Virus record (IMG/VR): IMGVR_UViG_3300049019_000034
Location: 1 to 45,862 of that record
Length of the DNA stretch: 45,862 nucleotides
DNA from: a virus
Lineage: Duplodnaviria; Caudoviricetes
Direction: 5' to 3' (one strand)
Part shown: one piece after another, positions 18,185-27,099 of the stretch
Layout of the letters: each line of letters opens with the position of its first letter
How positions within the stretch are numbered: the stretch's first letter is position 1
Position numbers and translations under genes: made by a program
The notes under the pieces: model-generated
Databases searched by the model: none
Told to the model about the DNA's origin: nothing
The model's input: the letters and a program-made list of their open reading frames with translations, nothing else

Positions 18185-18646
18185 TCAGTTGACGTTGTCA
18201 GCGTAGGCGCGCCAGAGGTTCGGGTCGCTCGTCAGGAACGCGTCGATGGAACCGGACGAGAACGCCGCGCCGCTGGTGATCTGCTGGATGCCCAGGTAGC
18301 GCTCGTAGGCGCCCGAGGGCAGCTTGACCACTGCGATGGTGTAGCCGGCCGCCAGGGTGGCCATCGGGATGGCCGCCGAGGTGTAGTGCACCGTCGCCGT
18401 GGTCGTGCTGGGCGTGGCCGTGTCGTCGGACACGAGGCGCCACTGGCCCACCGCGCTGGCGCCGGCGGCGACCACCGCCACGCGGATGACCAGCCAGATT
18501 TCCGTCAGGCCCAGGTCGCGGGTCAGGTTGGCCTGGCCGATGGCCTGGCCCTGGGTGTCGATCACGTCGCCCACGTTGTAGGTGGCGACGCCACCCGTGT
18601 TCATGGCCAGCGCGTCGGCAAACTCGGTTCGTTCGTCGAGAATCAT
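18185..18646 (-). CDS. Capsid cement/decoration protein (Bbp16-like)
   Basis: MILDERTEFAD start, ERYLG and GSIDAFLT motifs; immediately after the MCP. Confidence 0.85.
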   Translation of the reverse strand: MILDERTEFADALAMNTGGVATYNVGDVIDTQGQAIGQANLTRDLGLTEIWLVIRVAVVAAGASAVGQWRLVSDDTATPSTTTATVHYTSAAIPMATLAAGYTIAVVKLPSGAYERYLGIQQITSGAAFSSGSIDAFLTSDPNLWRAYADNVN

Positions 18647-18678
18647 GATGATGTCCTTTCGGGGTTCGGGCTGGCCGC

Positions 18679-19680
18679 TTAGACGACTTCGGCTTCGGTG
18701 TCCAGCAGCTGGTCCACGCGACGCACCGGGATGCCCCGGAAGGTCTGGATGAACTTGCCCTGCGCGGTCTCCTGCGTGGTGAAGCGCAGCAACGGGTGGT
18801 TGTTGCCCTGCAGGTCGAAGGCGTCCATCGAGTTGCGGTTCATGTAGAACGCAGCGCGACCGGTGGCCAGGTTCGGGATGCGACGCATGGCCTTGGCCAT
18901 CAGGTCACCCAGCACGGCGCCCGTGGTGCCGGCCTTGGTGATCGCCGAGGTGCGGAACTGGATGCGCACGAAGTAGCGCCAGTCACGCACCGCCAGGCCC
19001 ATGTCCTGGCGGTAGTGCGTGCGGTAGGCCTCCATGCGGCCACCGGCGCCATCGACGTTCTCGATGGTCACCTGGCCCTTGTCGCTGGTCTGGACGCCGG
19101 CCTGCGAGCCCTTCGGGTAGAAGCCGAAGCCCGTGACCGGGGACCACACGCACAGCCAGATCGAGGTGAAGTTGTTCGTGCTGGAGCCGGTCGCATCCTT
19201 GAGGATGTTCTCGGCGTTCAGCGCGCTCAGCGAGTTGTAGCGCGGAGACAGGCCCGTGAAGCCTTCGGGCTCGGTCGCTTCGTTGCCGTAGAAGCAGTAG
19301 CGGGCGACCTTCTGCGCGAAGCCTTCCAGCTTGGGCATTTCTTCCGACAGGCGCCAGGCAGCGCTGTTGCCGTTCAGATCGGCCAGAGCCTTGTCGATCT
19401 CGCTGTAGTCCTCCAGCATGCCGCAGCCCTCGCGGACCTTGGCCGAGGTGGACTTGGTCGGCTGCACGCCACCGTACAGCTTGCGCCAGGTGGGTTCGGG
19501 GATGCCGGTGCGCACCGTGGTCTCGATGCCGGTCAGGTCCGTGCCGGGCAGCATCACCAGGTCGTCATAGATCTCGTTGCTCTGGTTCAGAGCCTCGATC
19601 ACCGTGGCGATCTTGTCGTCCGCACCGAGGCGAGCGCGCAGATCCAGCAGGGTCGGGTGGGTATTCGCAAGAGTAGTCAT
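18679..19680 (-). CDS. Major capsid protein (Bbp17-like, HK97 fold)
   Basis: PTLLD..RTGIPEPTWRKLY..GMLEDYSEIDK..GLAVRDWRY..FRGIPVRRVD motifs. Confidence 0.93.
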   Translation of the reverse strand: MTTLANTHPTLLDLRARLGADDKIATVIEALNQSNEIYDDLVMLPGTDLTGIETTVRTGIPEPTWRKLYGGVQPTKSTSAKVREGCGMLEDYSEIDKALADLNGNSAAWRLSEEMPKLEGFAQKVARYCFYGNEATEPEGFTGLSPRYNSLSALNAENILKDATGSSTNNFTSIWLCVWSPVTGFGFYPKGSQAGVQTSDKGQVTIENVDGAGGRMEAYRTHYRQDMGLAVRDWRYFVRIQFRTSAITKAGTTGAVLGDLMAKAMRRIPNLATGRAAFYMNRNSMDAFDLQGNNHPLLRFTTQETAQGKFIQTFRGIPVRRVDQLLDTEAEVV

Positions 19681-19697
19681 GTCTCAAGTTCCTTGAG

Positions 19698-20333
19698 TCA
19701 GGGATTCATGTTGCTGTTGTCGAAAAATCCGCTTGCGCCAATGGCGCCGGGCGACTTGCCACCCGCAACGAACTTGTCTTCACTCAGCGCGGTTCCGACG
19801 GCGTGCAGCAGGCGGACCATCGAGGGATGGTTGCCAAAGCCGGACAGGTCCATCAGGGCCTTGAACTCCGTCGCTTCCTTCTCGGGCAACAGGCTGTAGA
19901 CCTTCTTCGCGGTGGCCAGGGTTTCGTCGAGCTTGTCGCCCCCGAGCACCTTGTCCGCCTTGATTTCGTCGGCCCACTTCGTCTTCAGCGTTTCGTGCTG
20001 CTCGCGCCGCTGGACTTCCACCTCGGTGACGAGATCCACCAGGGTCTGGGCCTTGTCGGCCGGCAGCTTCAGTTCCTTGGCAAGCACGGTGAACTTCTCC
20101 ACCTGGGCCTGGTCAAGGGTCACGCCTTCAGGCGCGGTGAACTCGTAGACGACTTCAGCTTCGGCAGCGGGCTTGGCGGCAGCAGCTGCCTCCAGTTCCG
20201 TTGCGGTCTTGCCTGCGGTCGCTTGCTCGCCCGTCGCGCCTTCGTTGCCCGCATTGGGCGACGTGCCCGCGGCGGCTTGCTGTTCCCCGGCTTCGGTGAT
20301 GACTGCGCCGGTTTCCTGCGATTCAGTGCTCAT
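19698..20333 (-). CDS. Scaffolding protein (Bbp18-like)
   Basis: Low-complexity N-terminus, YEFTAPEG, GFGNHPSMVR..VG..LSED motif; directly upstream of the MCP. Confidence 0.8.
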   Translation of the reverse strand: MSTESQETGAVITEAGEQQAAAGTSPNAGNEGATGEQATAGKTATELEAAAAAKPAAEAEVVYEFTAPEGVTLDQAQVEKFTVLAKELKLPADKAQTLVDLVTEVEVQRREQHETLKTKWADEIKADKVLGGDKLDETLATAKKVYSLLPEKEATEFKALMDLSGFGNHPSMVRLLHAVGTALSEDKFVAGGKSPGAIGASGFFDNSNMNP

Positions 20334-20643
20334 CGGCTTTCGCCTCTTTCTGCATCTTGGTGAACGCATCCGGGGCGTGGGCCATGATCGCCATGAGCAG
20401 CTTGAGTCCCTGCGCGCGCTGGCCCTCGTTGAAGGCCATCACGCTGCCGGAGTGGTTGAACGTGGATCGGAAGACCCCCGCATCACTCATCAAGCGCCAT
20501 GCAATCCGTCGCCCTTGCTGGTGCGCCAGCAGCCACTTGAGGTCTTCGGTTTCCTGTCGCTGCTTGAGGTCGTCGCGTTGCTGTGAATCAGCTGCGTCGG
20601 TCTCTTGCGCGCGGAGGTCTGTGGGATCTCGCATCGCTGCCAT
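20323..20643 (-). CDS. Bbp19-like protein
   Basis: DLKWLL..QGRRIAWRL..AGVFRSTF..MAFNEGQR motif. Confidence 0.85.
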   Translation of the reverse strand: MAAMRDPTDLRAQETDAADSQQRDDLKQRQETEDLKWLLAHQQGRRIAWRLMSDAGVFRSTFNHSGSVMAFNEGQRAQGLKLLMAIMAHAPDAFTKMQKEAKADEH

Positions 20644-20651
20644 GTGCAGGC

Positions 20652-20684
20652 AGTGTGTGAGCGGTGTGCCGCGTTAACCGCACC
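20652..20684 (-). promoter_or_regulatory. Putative late promoter for the head operon
   Basis: GGTGCGGTTAAC (20673-20684), 15 bp, then CACACT (20652-20657). Confidence 0.72.
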
Positions 20685-20845
20685 CCTCAAACCGCGGCGT
20701 CGGCTGTGCACCGGATGGCAGCGAGCGGATCGCCCGCGCTATCGAATCCAGCACGTCGGCAAGGGCATCGGCGGTCATGGTGCGTTGCGTTCAGTCATGT
20801 GATTATTGAATCACTACAATCTAGGGATGGACACCCCTGATTCAT

Positions 20846-21043
20846 GTGATGCAACAATTCGGCATGAGCACCGATGCCAAACCCAAACGCGGCCCCCCGT
20901 TCAAGCCCGAGGAGGAGCTCCGCATACAGCGATCCATCCGCCTGGTGCCGCACCTATGGGCGAAGATCATGTCGGCAGAGAAGGCCGAATTCGAGGCGCT
21001 GATTGAGGCCTGGAAGCCAAAAACGAAAAGGCCCACCGAGTAG
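20846..21043 (+). CDS. Small putative DNA-binding protein (RHH/BrnA-like; start may be 20864), moron
   Basis: KRGPP..EE..QRSIRL..W pattern; AT-rich upstream region; opposite strand to the late operon. Confidence 0.6.
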   Translation: MMQQFGMSTDAKPKRGPPFKPEEELRIQRSIRLVPHLWAKIMSAEKAEFEALIEAWKPKTKRPTE

Positions 21044-21169
21044 GCGGGCCTTGGGTGTCCCCTCGCGGAGGGGATGGGGATCGTTACCGGCAGGGGATGG
21101 GAATCAGGTCAGCTGGAAACATGTAACATTTCGCCAAGGCCCCTAGAACGTGGGCCAGGGAGAAGAGAC

Positions 21170-21364
21170 ATGTTCACGAACAAGCAATTCGAGACGCTTG
21201 AGGCCTGGGTCAGCGCCGCAGCGCGCGCGGCAGCGGAGCCCACACCAGACAACACGGCTGCCGCCGACAAGCGGCTGACGGAAGCCCGCAACCTCTTGAC
21301 GAGGTGCTGCGCTGGCGGTGCGTACTTCGGGCACGCCGACGATTGCCTGCAGCCGCGCATCTGA
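21170..21364 (+). CDS. Hypothetical 64-aa protein (moron)
   Basis: GGGAG RBS before ATG 21170; ends tail-to-tail with the SGNH gene. Confidence 0.5.
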   Translation: MFTNKQFETLEAWVSAAARAAAEPTPDNTAAADKRLTEARNLLTRCCAGGAYFGHADDCLQPRI

Positions 21365-21365
21365 G

Positions 21366-22562
21366 TCAGGCGCTGATGACCTGCGAGATCAGCAGGGCCG
21401 CGTTGGCGTAGCCTGCGGCGCCCGGGTGGACAACGTCATTGGCCGGCAAGAAGTAGCCGCTGGCCACCGCCGTGGTGTAGTCGCACCAGGCCGACGACAC
21501 ATCGACCACAGGGATGTTGAGCGGCTGAGCAAGCAGCCGCGTCGCCACGGTGATGGCATCCTGCGCCGCCTGCGTGGCGCTGGTGATCTTGCTCGGCATG
21601 CCGGTCTGCAGCAGCACGTCGCCCGACAACTGGGCCTGCGTGATGATGGTCTGCATCTGAGACGTGAACGTCGCCGCTGCGGTGCCGGCGATCCAATCGT
21701 TGATGTTGATGTTCAACAGCGTCAGGTCTGGCGCGAACGTGCCAAGCATCGGCAGCGGGTCCCACACGTTGGTGTTTGCGACGAAGTCGCTGGCCTTCTT
21801 GCCAGGGTAGCCGCCGTTGAAGATGTTCACCGACTTGACCTGAGAGTCATAGGCGCAGAAGCCAGCGATGAAGACGTTGCCGTCAGCCACCTTGTTGAAC
21901 TCAAGGACGTGGTTGCTGCCGCGCGTGAAGGTCTTGGTCACCTTCTGCATGCTGATCGCGCCGGCCGCAACGATGTTGGCGCTGGTGGACTGCCCGCCGT
22001 CGATAGACACAGTGAAGGTGCCGTAGCTGGTGTTCTGGAGATACCAGATGTCGACCGTGTCGGTGATGCCGCTGGTCTGAAACTTGGCAGTCGTGTAGTT
22101 GCCAGCGTTGTTGTTGCCGATCAGTGACCCGCCAAAACTCGGGATCGCTCCTACCGTCCAGTTCGTGCCGAGAGATGTCCAGCGGGGGTCGTAGGCCAGA
22201 AAGTCTGAGCTGCCGGCGTTGGAACCCGCGAAGGTGTTCAGATTGATCGGCAGCCCCGTCGCCGTCGCCATCAGGGCGGCCAACTGCGTTGGGTAGCTCA
22301 TCGACCGGGCGCTTGCGACATACCCGTTGCCGGTGGCAAAGGAGCCGGCAGTCGTGCTGTCGCCGAGTGCCATCAGGTTGGCGTTAGCAGTCCCTGCCCT
22401 GACCTTGGCCAGCGCGCGGCGCCACTTGGGGAGCTTCACATTGTTCCCACCCCCTGACACCAGGGGGAACTCTTTGCCGTCCCGTGCCCGGCGGAAACCG
22501 ACGGGGTCACCCGTAACGTCGTCCTCCAGGAACGCAAAACCGCCTGAAACCTTGGTGCCCAT
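21366..22562 (-). CDS. SGNH/GDSL hydrolase (putative O-acetyl esterase)
   Basis: Block I GDSTTAG, block II NGGYPG, block III NININD, block V DVVHP; beta-sandwich-like insert; RBS AGGAG within the portal end. Confidence 0.88.
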   Translation of the reverse strand: MGTKVSGGFAFLEDDVTGDPVGFRRARDGKEFPLVSGGGNNVKLPKWRRALAKVRAGTANANLMALGDSTTAGSFATGNGYVASARSMSYPTQLAALMATATGLPINLNTFAGSNAGSSDFLAYDPRWTSLGTNWTVGAIPSFGGSLIGNNNAGNYTTAKFQTSGITDTVDIWYLQNTSYGTFTVSIDGGQSTSANIVAAGAISMQKVTKTFTRGSNHVLEFNKVADGNVFIAGFCAYDSQVKSVNIFNGGYPGKKASDFVANTNVWDPLPMLGTFAPDLTLLNININDWIAGTAAATFTSQMQTIITQAQLSGDVLLQTGMPSKITSATQAAQDAITVATRLLAQPLNIPVVDVSSAWCDYTTAVASGYFLPANDVVHPGAAGYANAALLISQVISA

Positions 22563-22564
22563 TT

Positions 22565-24241
22565 CTATGCTCCTACTGGTGCGCCGTAGCCCTGGAACAT
22601 GCCCATGACTTCGCGCAGTTGATCGGGGTTGGTGTTGCCGGCTGCCTGGGCAGCCTTAGCCAAGTTCGGTGCGTTCGCCGCGGCCTGCTGTGCGGCCATG
22701 GCCTGACGCTCGGCCTCTGCCGCGGCGCCGGCACTCTCGTCGTCCAGCACCAGCTCGGGGTTGACGCCGTAGACGTCCGCGTAGTCGTCCACCACCTGCA
22801 TGGCGTTGATCTTGTGGCGCACCTCGGGCCACAGCGTGGCCATGCTGTTGACGGTGCCGATCAGGCGATCCATGCCCTGGGCAGCCACGATGCGCTGCGC
22901 CTGGGCCAGGGTGCTGACGAATTCAATGTTCAGATCCAGGCCCTGCAGCTCGGGCGGGGGTTCGGGCAGGATGCCGGCCTCGGCCGCGTAGTCGAAGGCG
23001 ATGTCGATCTTCGGGCTCAACAGCTCGTTGTGCAGACGCTCCAGCACCGGGCCCAGCATGAGCAGCTTCTCCTCGTGCCGCTCGGCCACCTCGGTAGCGG
23101 TGATGCCGCTGCGCGTGTCGTTCGCGAGCATGAGGAACAGGTCCTCGTAGTAGGCGGCGCGGATGCGGCTGCGCACGTCGACGATGTCCTCGCGCAGGGC
23201 ATTCAGGTCGAGGTTGACCTCGTAGGCCGTGCGGATGCCGCCGCCTGGCGTGATCTGGTTGTAGTAGCTGACGCCGCCCGGCAGCCGGGCCTTGACCGAG
23301 TCCTTCAGCTCGACCGGCACCTGCAGGGGCGGGTTGCTCTGGTAGTCGATGGCCTGGCTCTTGCGGAACTGCTGGTGCTGCAGCTGCTTCACGTCACCCA
23401 GGCATTCCATGCCGGGGCTGTGGCCGTAGATGTCGCCGCCCACCGTCTCCCAGCGCGGGGCCAGGACCGGAAAGCGCTTGTAGCCCGCCTCCCGCAGGTA
23501 TCGCTCGGTGTTGTCGTTGGCCTTCTCGAAGTAGCAGGACGCGAACGCCATGTTCTTCGCGTCGCGCTTGCGCGGGTCGCGCTCCTCGCGGGGCTCGACG
23601 AGGTGCACCACCGGCACCCAGGCATTGAGGCGGCCCCGGTCGTAAAGAGTCTTCACAGTCGTGCTGGCGTTGGCCAGGCCGAACTTCTTGACGATCTGGC
23701 CCACCGTCATCTCGTACTCGCGCGACAACGTGTCCACCACGCCCTTGGCGTTGGTGGCCAGCGCGTATTCGCCGATGGTCAGCGGATGGTGGTGCAGGAC
23801 GTCGTCGAAGTCCTCCTCGACCACCGTGGCCCAGGTGCCGAACAGGCCCAGCTCGGCATAGCCCTGCTGCAGCGCGCGATAGGTGTTGCTGCTGGAGAAG
23901 ACCTTGCGCAGTACCAAGCCCGTGCGATGCAGCCAGGTCTTGACCGGGGCGTATTCCATCAGGTCGCTGTCGGCCAGACCCAGGCGGAACCACGGGCGGG
24001 CCGGGCTCGTCATGCCCGACATCAGGCCGGCGGCCAGCGTGCGGTGCGCACCGATGGCGGTGCGGTCATAGATCGACTGGTGGCGTTTCTCGCCGCGGTT
24101 GCGGTCGCTGATCACGAAGCGGCCGGCGCGCGGCTGCTGGTACTCGCTGATTTCGCGCCAATGCGACACCCACGAGGACCGTTCCTGCGTGAGCTCGGAG
24201 ACCCGCAGGCGGTGCAGCTGGAGCGGGGTCAGGTCTGCCAT
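22565..24241 (-). CDS. Portal protein (head-tail connector)
   Basis: LAAGLMSGMTSPARPWF, YGHSPGM, ITATEVAERHEEKLLMLGPVLERL motifs. Confidence 0.95.
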   Translation of the reverse strand: MADLTPLQLHRLRVSELTQERSSWVSHWREISEYQQPRAGRFVISDRNRGEKRHQSIYDRTAIGAHRTLAAGLMSGMTSPARPWFRLGLADSDLMEYAPVKTWLHRTGLVLRKVFSSSNTYRALQQGYAELGLFGTWATVVEEDFDDVLHHHPLTIGEYALATNAKGVVDTLSREYEMTVGQIVKKFGLANASTTVKTLYDRGRLNAWVPVVHLVEPREERDPRKRDAKNMAFASCYFEKANDNTERYLREAGYKRFPVLAPRWETVGGDIYGHSPGMECLGDVKQLQHQQFRKSQAIDYQSNPPLQVPVELKDSVKARLPGGVSYYNQITPGGGIRTAYEVNLDLNALREDIVDVRSRIRAAYYEDLFLMLANDTRSGITATEVAERHEEKLLMLGPVLERLHNELLSPKIDIAFDYAAEAGILPEPPPELQGLDLNIEFVSTLAQAQRIVAAQGMDRLIGTVNSMATLWPEVRHKINAMQVVDDYADVYGVNPELVLDDESAGAAAEAERQAMAAQQAAANAPNLAKAAQAAGNTNPDQLREVMGMFQGYGAPVGA

Positions 24242-24244
24242 CGG

Positions 24245-24433
24245 TCAGCTGCCCAGCAGCGTGGGCTTGGCCGCGTTGCCGGCAGCCAGGTCGATGCCCG
24301 TGGGCCCGGTCAGCAGCGTGCTGCCGCCCTTCATCGCGAGCTTCTTGCGCGCGTCACGCTGCGCAGTGAAGTCGGGCGTCTTGGCCTCTTGGACTGGGTC
24401 GGGCGGCTTGATGTTGGGGCGAGACATGCACAT
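24245..24433 (-). CDS. Small virion/tail-assembly protein upstream of the portal
   Basis: MC start, STLLTG..G and KPTLLG end, typical of T7 gp7.3-position proteins. Confidence 0.75.
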   Translation of the reverse strand: MCMSRPNIKPPDPVQEAKTPDFTAQRDARKKLAMKGGSTLLTGPTGIDLAAGNAAKPTLLGS

Positions 24434-24465
24434 GGCGAGGCACCCGAAGGCATGGGATGCCGGCC

Positions 24466-24498
24466 AGTGTGGAAGCGGGTCAGCGCGTTAACCGCACC
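24466..24498 (-). promoter_or_regulatory. Putative late promoter for the portal operon
   Basis: GGTGCGGTTAAC (24487-24498), 15 bp, then CACACT (24466-24471). Confidence 0.72.
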
Positions 24499-24501
24499 CG
24501 A

Positions 24502-26052
24502 TCAGCCGCGCATGGCCGCCATGGGGTCGTAGCCCAGCGCCTCGCCGCGCGTGTCGCGCTCTTGGCCTGGCGGCAGTGGCAGTTCGGGCACAGGCTGCGC
24601 GAAGGTCAGCGCCAGCGCGTCGCCATCGTCGGGGCTGGCCAGGCCGCGCTTCTTCATCGACTCTTTGCTCTCCAGCAGGATGGTGTCGTCGGGCCTGAAC
24701 CCGTACTCGACCGACGTCAGGTCGGTGGCCAGCGTCTCGTCGTGCGGCAGGCCGCCGATGGGCAGCCAGTCCTTCACCTTGCCCCACATCTCGGCGCGCT
24801 TGTTGGCGTACTTCTGTGGGTCGTCGGGCCGGCCGCCGAACTGCACCTCGATGACGTCGCGATTCAGCTGGCGCAGCCGGTCCACCACGCCGCCACCCAC
24901 GCCGCCGCCATCCACGAACACCACCACGCGTAGCCCCAGCGCCTCGAGCATGCTGATGTGCTCGGACACGCGGGCCGCCATCTGCATCGTGTCCAGGCCC
25001 CTGAAGCGCTTGGGCGGGACCGAGATGCCATCGCGGCCGATGCGCGTGAAGATGACGCTGCTGTCGTCGCCGAACCGCGCCACGTCCACGCCGACGACGG
25101 CGGTGCGCCCGATAGGCCGGTCGATGGCCGTGTTGCGCGCCATCGCGCCGTCGACCAGATCGCGCGGGATGAACTGCGCAGTGCTGGCGCGCGGGAAGAC
25201 GCCGCGGACCCGCACCCGCACGAAGTCGCTGTCTTCGCCGAAGTCGTCCACCCAGCCCTTGAGCAGGGCCTTGTTGGTGATGGCGACGTTGCGGCTGTCG
25301 ATCTGCCGGGTGATCCAGCGGTGCCGCTGCTTGCCGAAGCACTCGGCGAACGCGCCGGTGTTGCGGGTCGGGTTGCCGAAAGCGAAGTGCATCGGCTCGC
25401 CGTCGGTCTTGCCGCCCTCGGCAACCTCCCAGATCTTGGCGGGGATGGCGCTGGCCTCGTCGAAGAGATACCACGGCGTCGAGCTGGCCGCATGCAGGCC
25501 GGCGAAGGATTCGCTGTTCTCCTCGCGGCTGGTCTGCGCATCCACACGCCAGCTCTCCGGGAACTCGTTGTGCACGAGCTTCATGGCGCCCTTGCCCGTC
25601 GTGATCGTGAACCAGTGCTTGTTGACCGCGCGGGATAGCCAGGCAGCGACGCCCGCCCAGGTCTTGCTGCTCAGCTGCTCACCGGTGTTGGCGGTCACCA
25701 CGCCCTTGGAGTGCGGGCGGGTGGACATGATCCACAGCGTCAGCCAGGCGGCCATCGCGGACTTGCCGATGCCGTGGCCTGAGCTGACCGCGAACTGGAT
25801 CGGTGCCACTGGCGTGACGCCGTCGAAGCCGCGGTCGTGCACCTGGCGGCCGATGTCCTCCAGCAGCTCGCAGGCCCAGGCGTCCGGGCCGTATTCGCAG
25901 CCGTAGGCCAGGGACCAGGGCTCGGGCAGCTTGACGATCTGCAGGCTTGCGTCGGTGTCCCACGGGAACGCATAGAGCACGAAGCCCAACGGGTCCGCGT
26001 AGAACCGGCTCAGGTCTTCGGCCAGGGCCAGGTCGAGGCTAGGCGAGGCCAC
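24502..26052 (-). CDS. terL: Terminase large subunit
   Basis: Walker A SGHGIGKS, Walker B YLFDEAS, GNPT coupling motif, nuclease GVDVARFGDD and SPDDGDALA. Confidence 0.95.
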   Translation of the reverse strand: MASPSLDLALAEDLSRFYADPLGFVLYAFPWDTDASLQIVKLPEPWSLAYGCEYGPDAWACELLEDIGRQVHDRGFDGVTPVAPIQFAVSSGHGIGKSAMAAWLTLWIMSTRPHSKGVVTANTGEQLSSKTWAGVAAWLSRAVNKHWFTITTGKGAMKLVHNEFPESWRVDAQTSREENSESFAGLHAASSTPWYLFDEASAIPAKIWEVAEGGKTDGEPMHFAFGNPTRNTGAFAECFGKQRHRWITRQIDSRNVAITNKALLKGWVDDFGEDSDFVRVRVRGVFPRASTAQFIPRDLVDGAMARNTAIDRPIGRTAVVGVDVARFGDDSSVIFTRIGRDGISVPPKRFRGLDTMQMAARVSEHISMLEALGLRVVVFVDGGGVGGGVVDRLRQLNRDVIEVQFGGRPDDPQKYANKRAEMWGKVKDWLPIGGLPHDETLATDLTSVEYGFRPDDTILLESKESMKKRGLASPDDGDALALTFAQPVPELPLPPGQERDTRGEALGYDPMAAMRG

Positions 26053-26569
26053 TGCGCTTTCGTGCCGCCATCAGCGTCTCGGCCACGCTCACCGGGCCGC
26101 CGTCGGCGCCCGTCAGCTCGGTGCGCTCGGCATAGACCTTCTTGCGGCGGCCCTTGAGGATGACGGTCAGCAGCGCGTCGCTGTGCTTGCGCACGGTGAG
26201 CGGGATCGGCCGGCCCTGCTCGTCCAGCACCGGCGCCCATTTCTGGGTGTTGGTCACCTCATCGATGACCGGCAGGCCGGACAGATCGCAGAACACTGGC
26301 GCCATCAGCGGCGCGATGTGGCCCTGGTAGACGACGGGCTCTTCGTAGCCCTGCACCGCGCGCCGGAAGGCCTCGGCCTCGGCTTCGTCGACGCCGCTCT
26401 CCATCGCCTCGTCCCACGCCTTGACGAAGTCCTCGTCGGTGTCGCGTGCTGCATAGGCCGTCGACCGATCGATGCCAGCCACCCTGCAGGCGTGCGAGAC
26501 CACAGGCACCACGCAGAGCGCCTGCAGGAAGATGGGCTTCCAGTCGTAGCCGGGTCGTTTTCGTTCCAC
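26039..26569 (-). CDS. terS: Terminase small subunit
   Basis: N-terminal HTH (VSHACRVAGIDRSTAY), EAFRRAVQG, HSDALL..LKG and TGADGGP; overlaps terL. Confidence 0.88.
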   Translation of the reverse strand: MERKRPGYDWKPIFLQALCVVPVVSHACRVAGIDRSTAYAARDTDEDFVKAWDEAMESGVDEAEAEAFRRAVQGYEEPVVYQGHIAPLMAPVFCDLSGLPVIDEVTNTQKWAPVLDEQGRPIPLTVRKHSDALLTVILKGRRKKVYAERTELTGADGGPVSVAETLMAARKRSGLA

Positions 26570-26575
26570 GCCGCC

Positions 26576-26608
26576 ATCGTGCGGCGGCGCCCCCGGGTTA
26601 ACCGCACC
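26576..26608 (-). promoter_or_regulatory. Putative late promoter for terS (probably leaderless transcript)
   Basis: GGTGCGGTTAAC (26597-26608), 15 bp, CACGAT (26576-26581), 6 bp, then the GTG start at 26569. Confidence 0.7.
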
Positions 26609-26614
26609 GGGGCA

Positions 26615-26812
26615 TCAGACCGCGAAGCCCCGTTCGCGGGCCACGGCTTCAGCCCGCGCCAGCTCGTCCCGCAGCGACTGCTCCAGGCGCGGCCAGCCCA
26701 CCACCTCGATATCGCCCAGGCGGCCGCGCAGCAGGGACAGGATCTGCCGGGCGCGCCTTTCGTTGGAGACCTTGCGCATGGCGTCGGCCATGTCGGTCAT
26801 GAGGTGACCCAC
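26615..26812 (-). CDS. Hypothetical protein (start 26812 or 26800)
   Basis: Short helical ORF starting 2 nt after the HTH gene stop. Confidence 0.55.
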   Translation of the reverse strand: MGHLMTDMADAMRKVSNERRARQILSLLRGRLGDIEVVGWPRLEQSLRDELARAEAVARERGFAV

Positions 26813-26814
26813 GG

Positions 26815-27075
26815 TCAGCCCCGCTTGGTGCGGGCGCACAGCTGGGCCCTGCATTTGCCGATGGCAATGTCCCTGATCGTGCTCTTGCCGACGCCCCCCG
26901 GGATGTCGTCGAACTTCGCCGCGATCCTGGCGTAGCCCATGCCAGCGTCCAGCATGGAATAGATCAGCTCGACGTCCGCGTCGGTGAGCTTGGCGCGGTG
27001 GTGGCCCTCGCCGATGCGCCGGCCGCCCTCGTTCACCCGGATCAACCGGCGGACTCGTGTGGCAATGCTTACCAT
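26815..27075 (-). CDS. Small HTH DNA-binding protein, candidate late activator
   Basis: GEGHHRAKLTDADV..I..GMGYARIAAKF..VGKSTIRDI HTH; strong RBS GAAAGGA. Confidence 0.75.
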   Translation of the reverse strand: MVSIATRVRRLIRVNEGGRRIGEGHHRAKLTDADVELIYSMLDAGMGYARIAAKFDDIPGGVGKSTIRDIAIGKCRAQLCARTKRG

Positions 27076-27099
27076 GGTGGTTCCTTTCAAGGGGTCGGT

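Noticed and set aside
18650-18700. Programmed frameshift extending the major capsid protein
   Set aside because: No slippery sequence at the MCP end; clean TAA stop and a separate RBS for the cement gene
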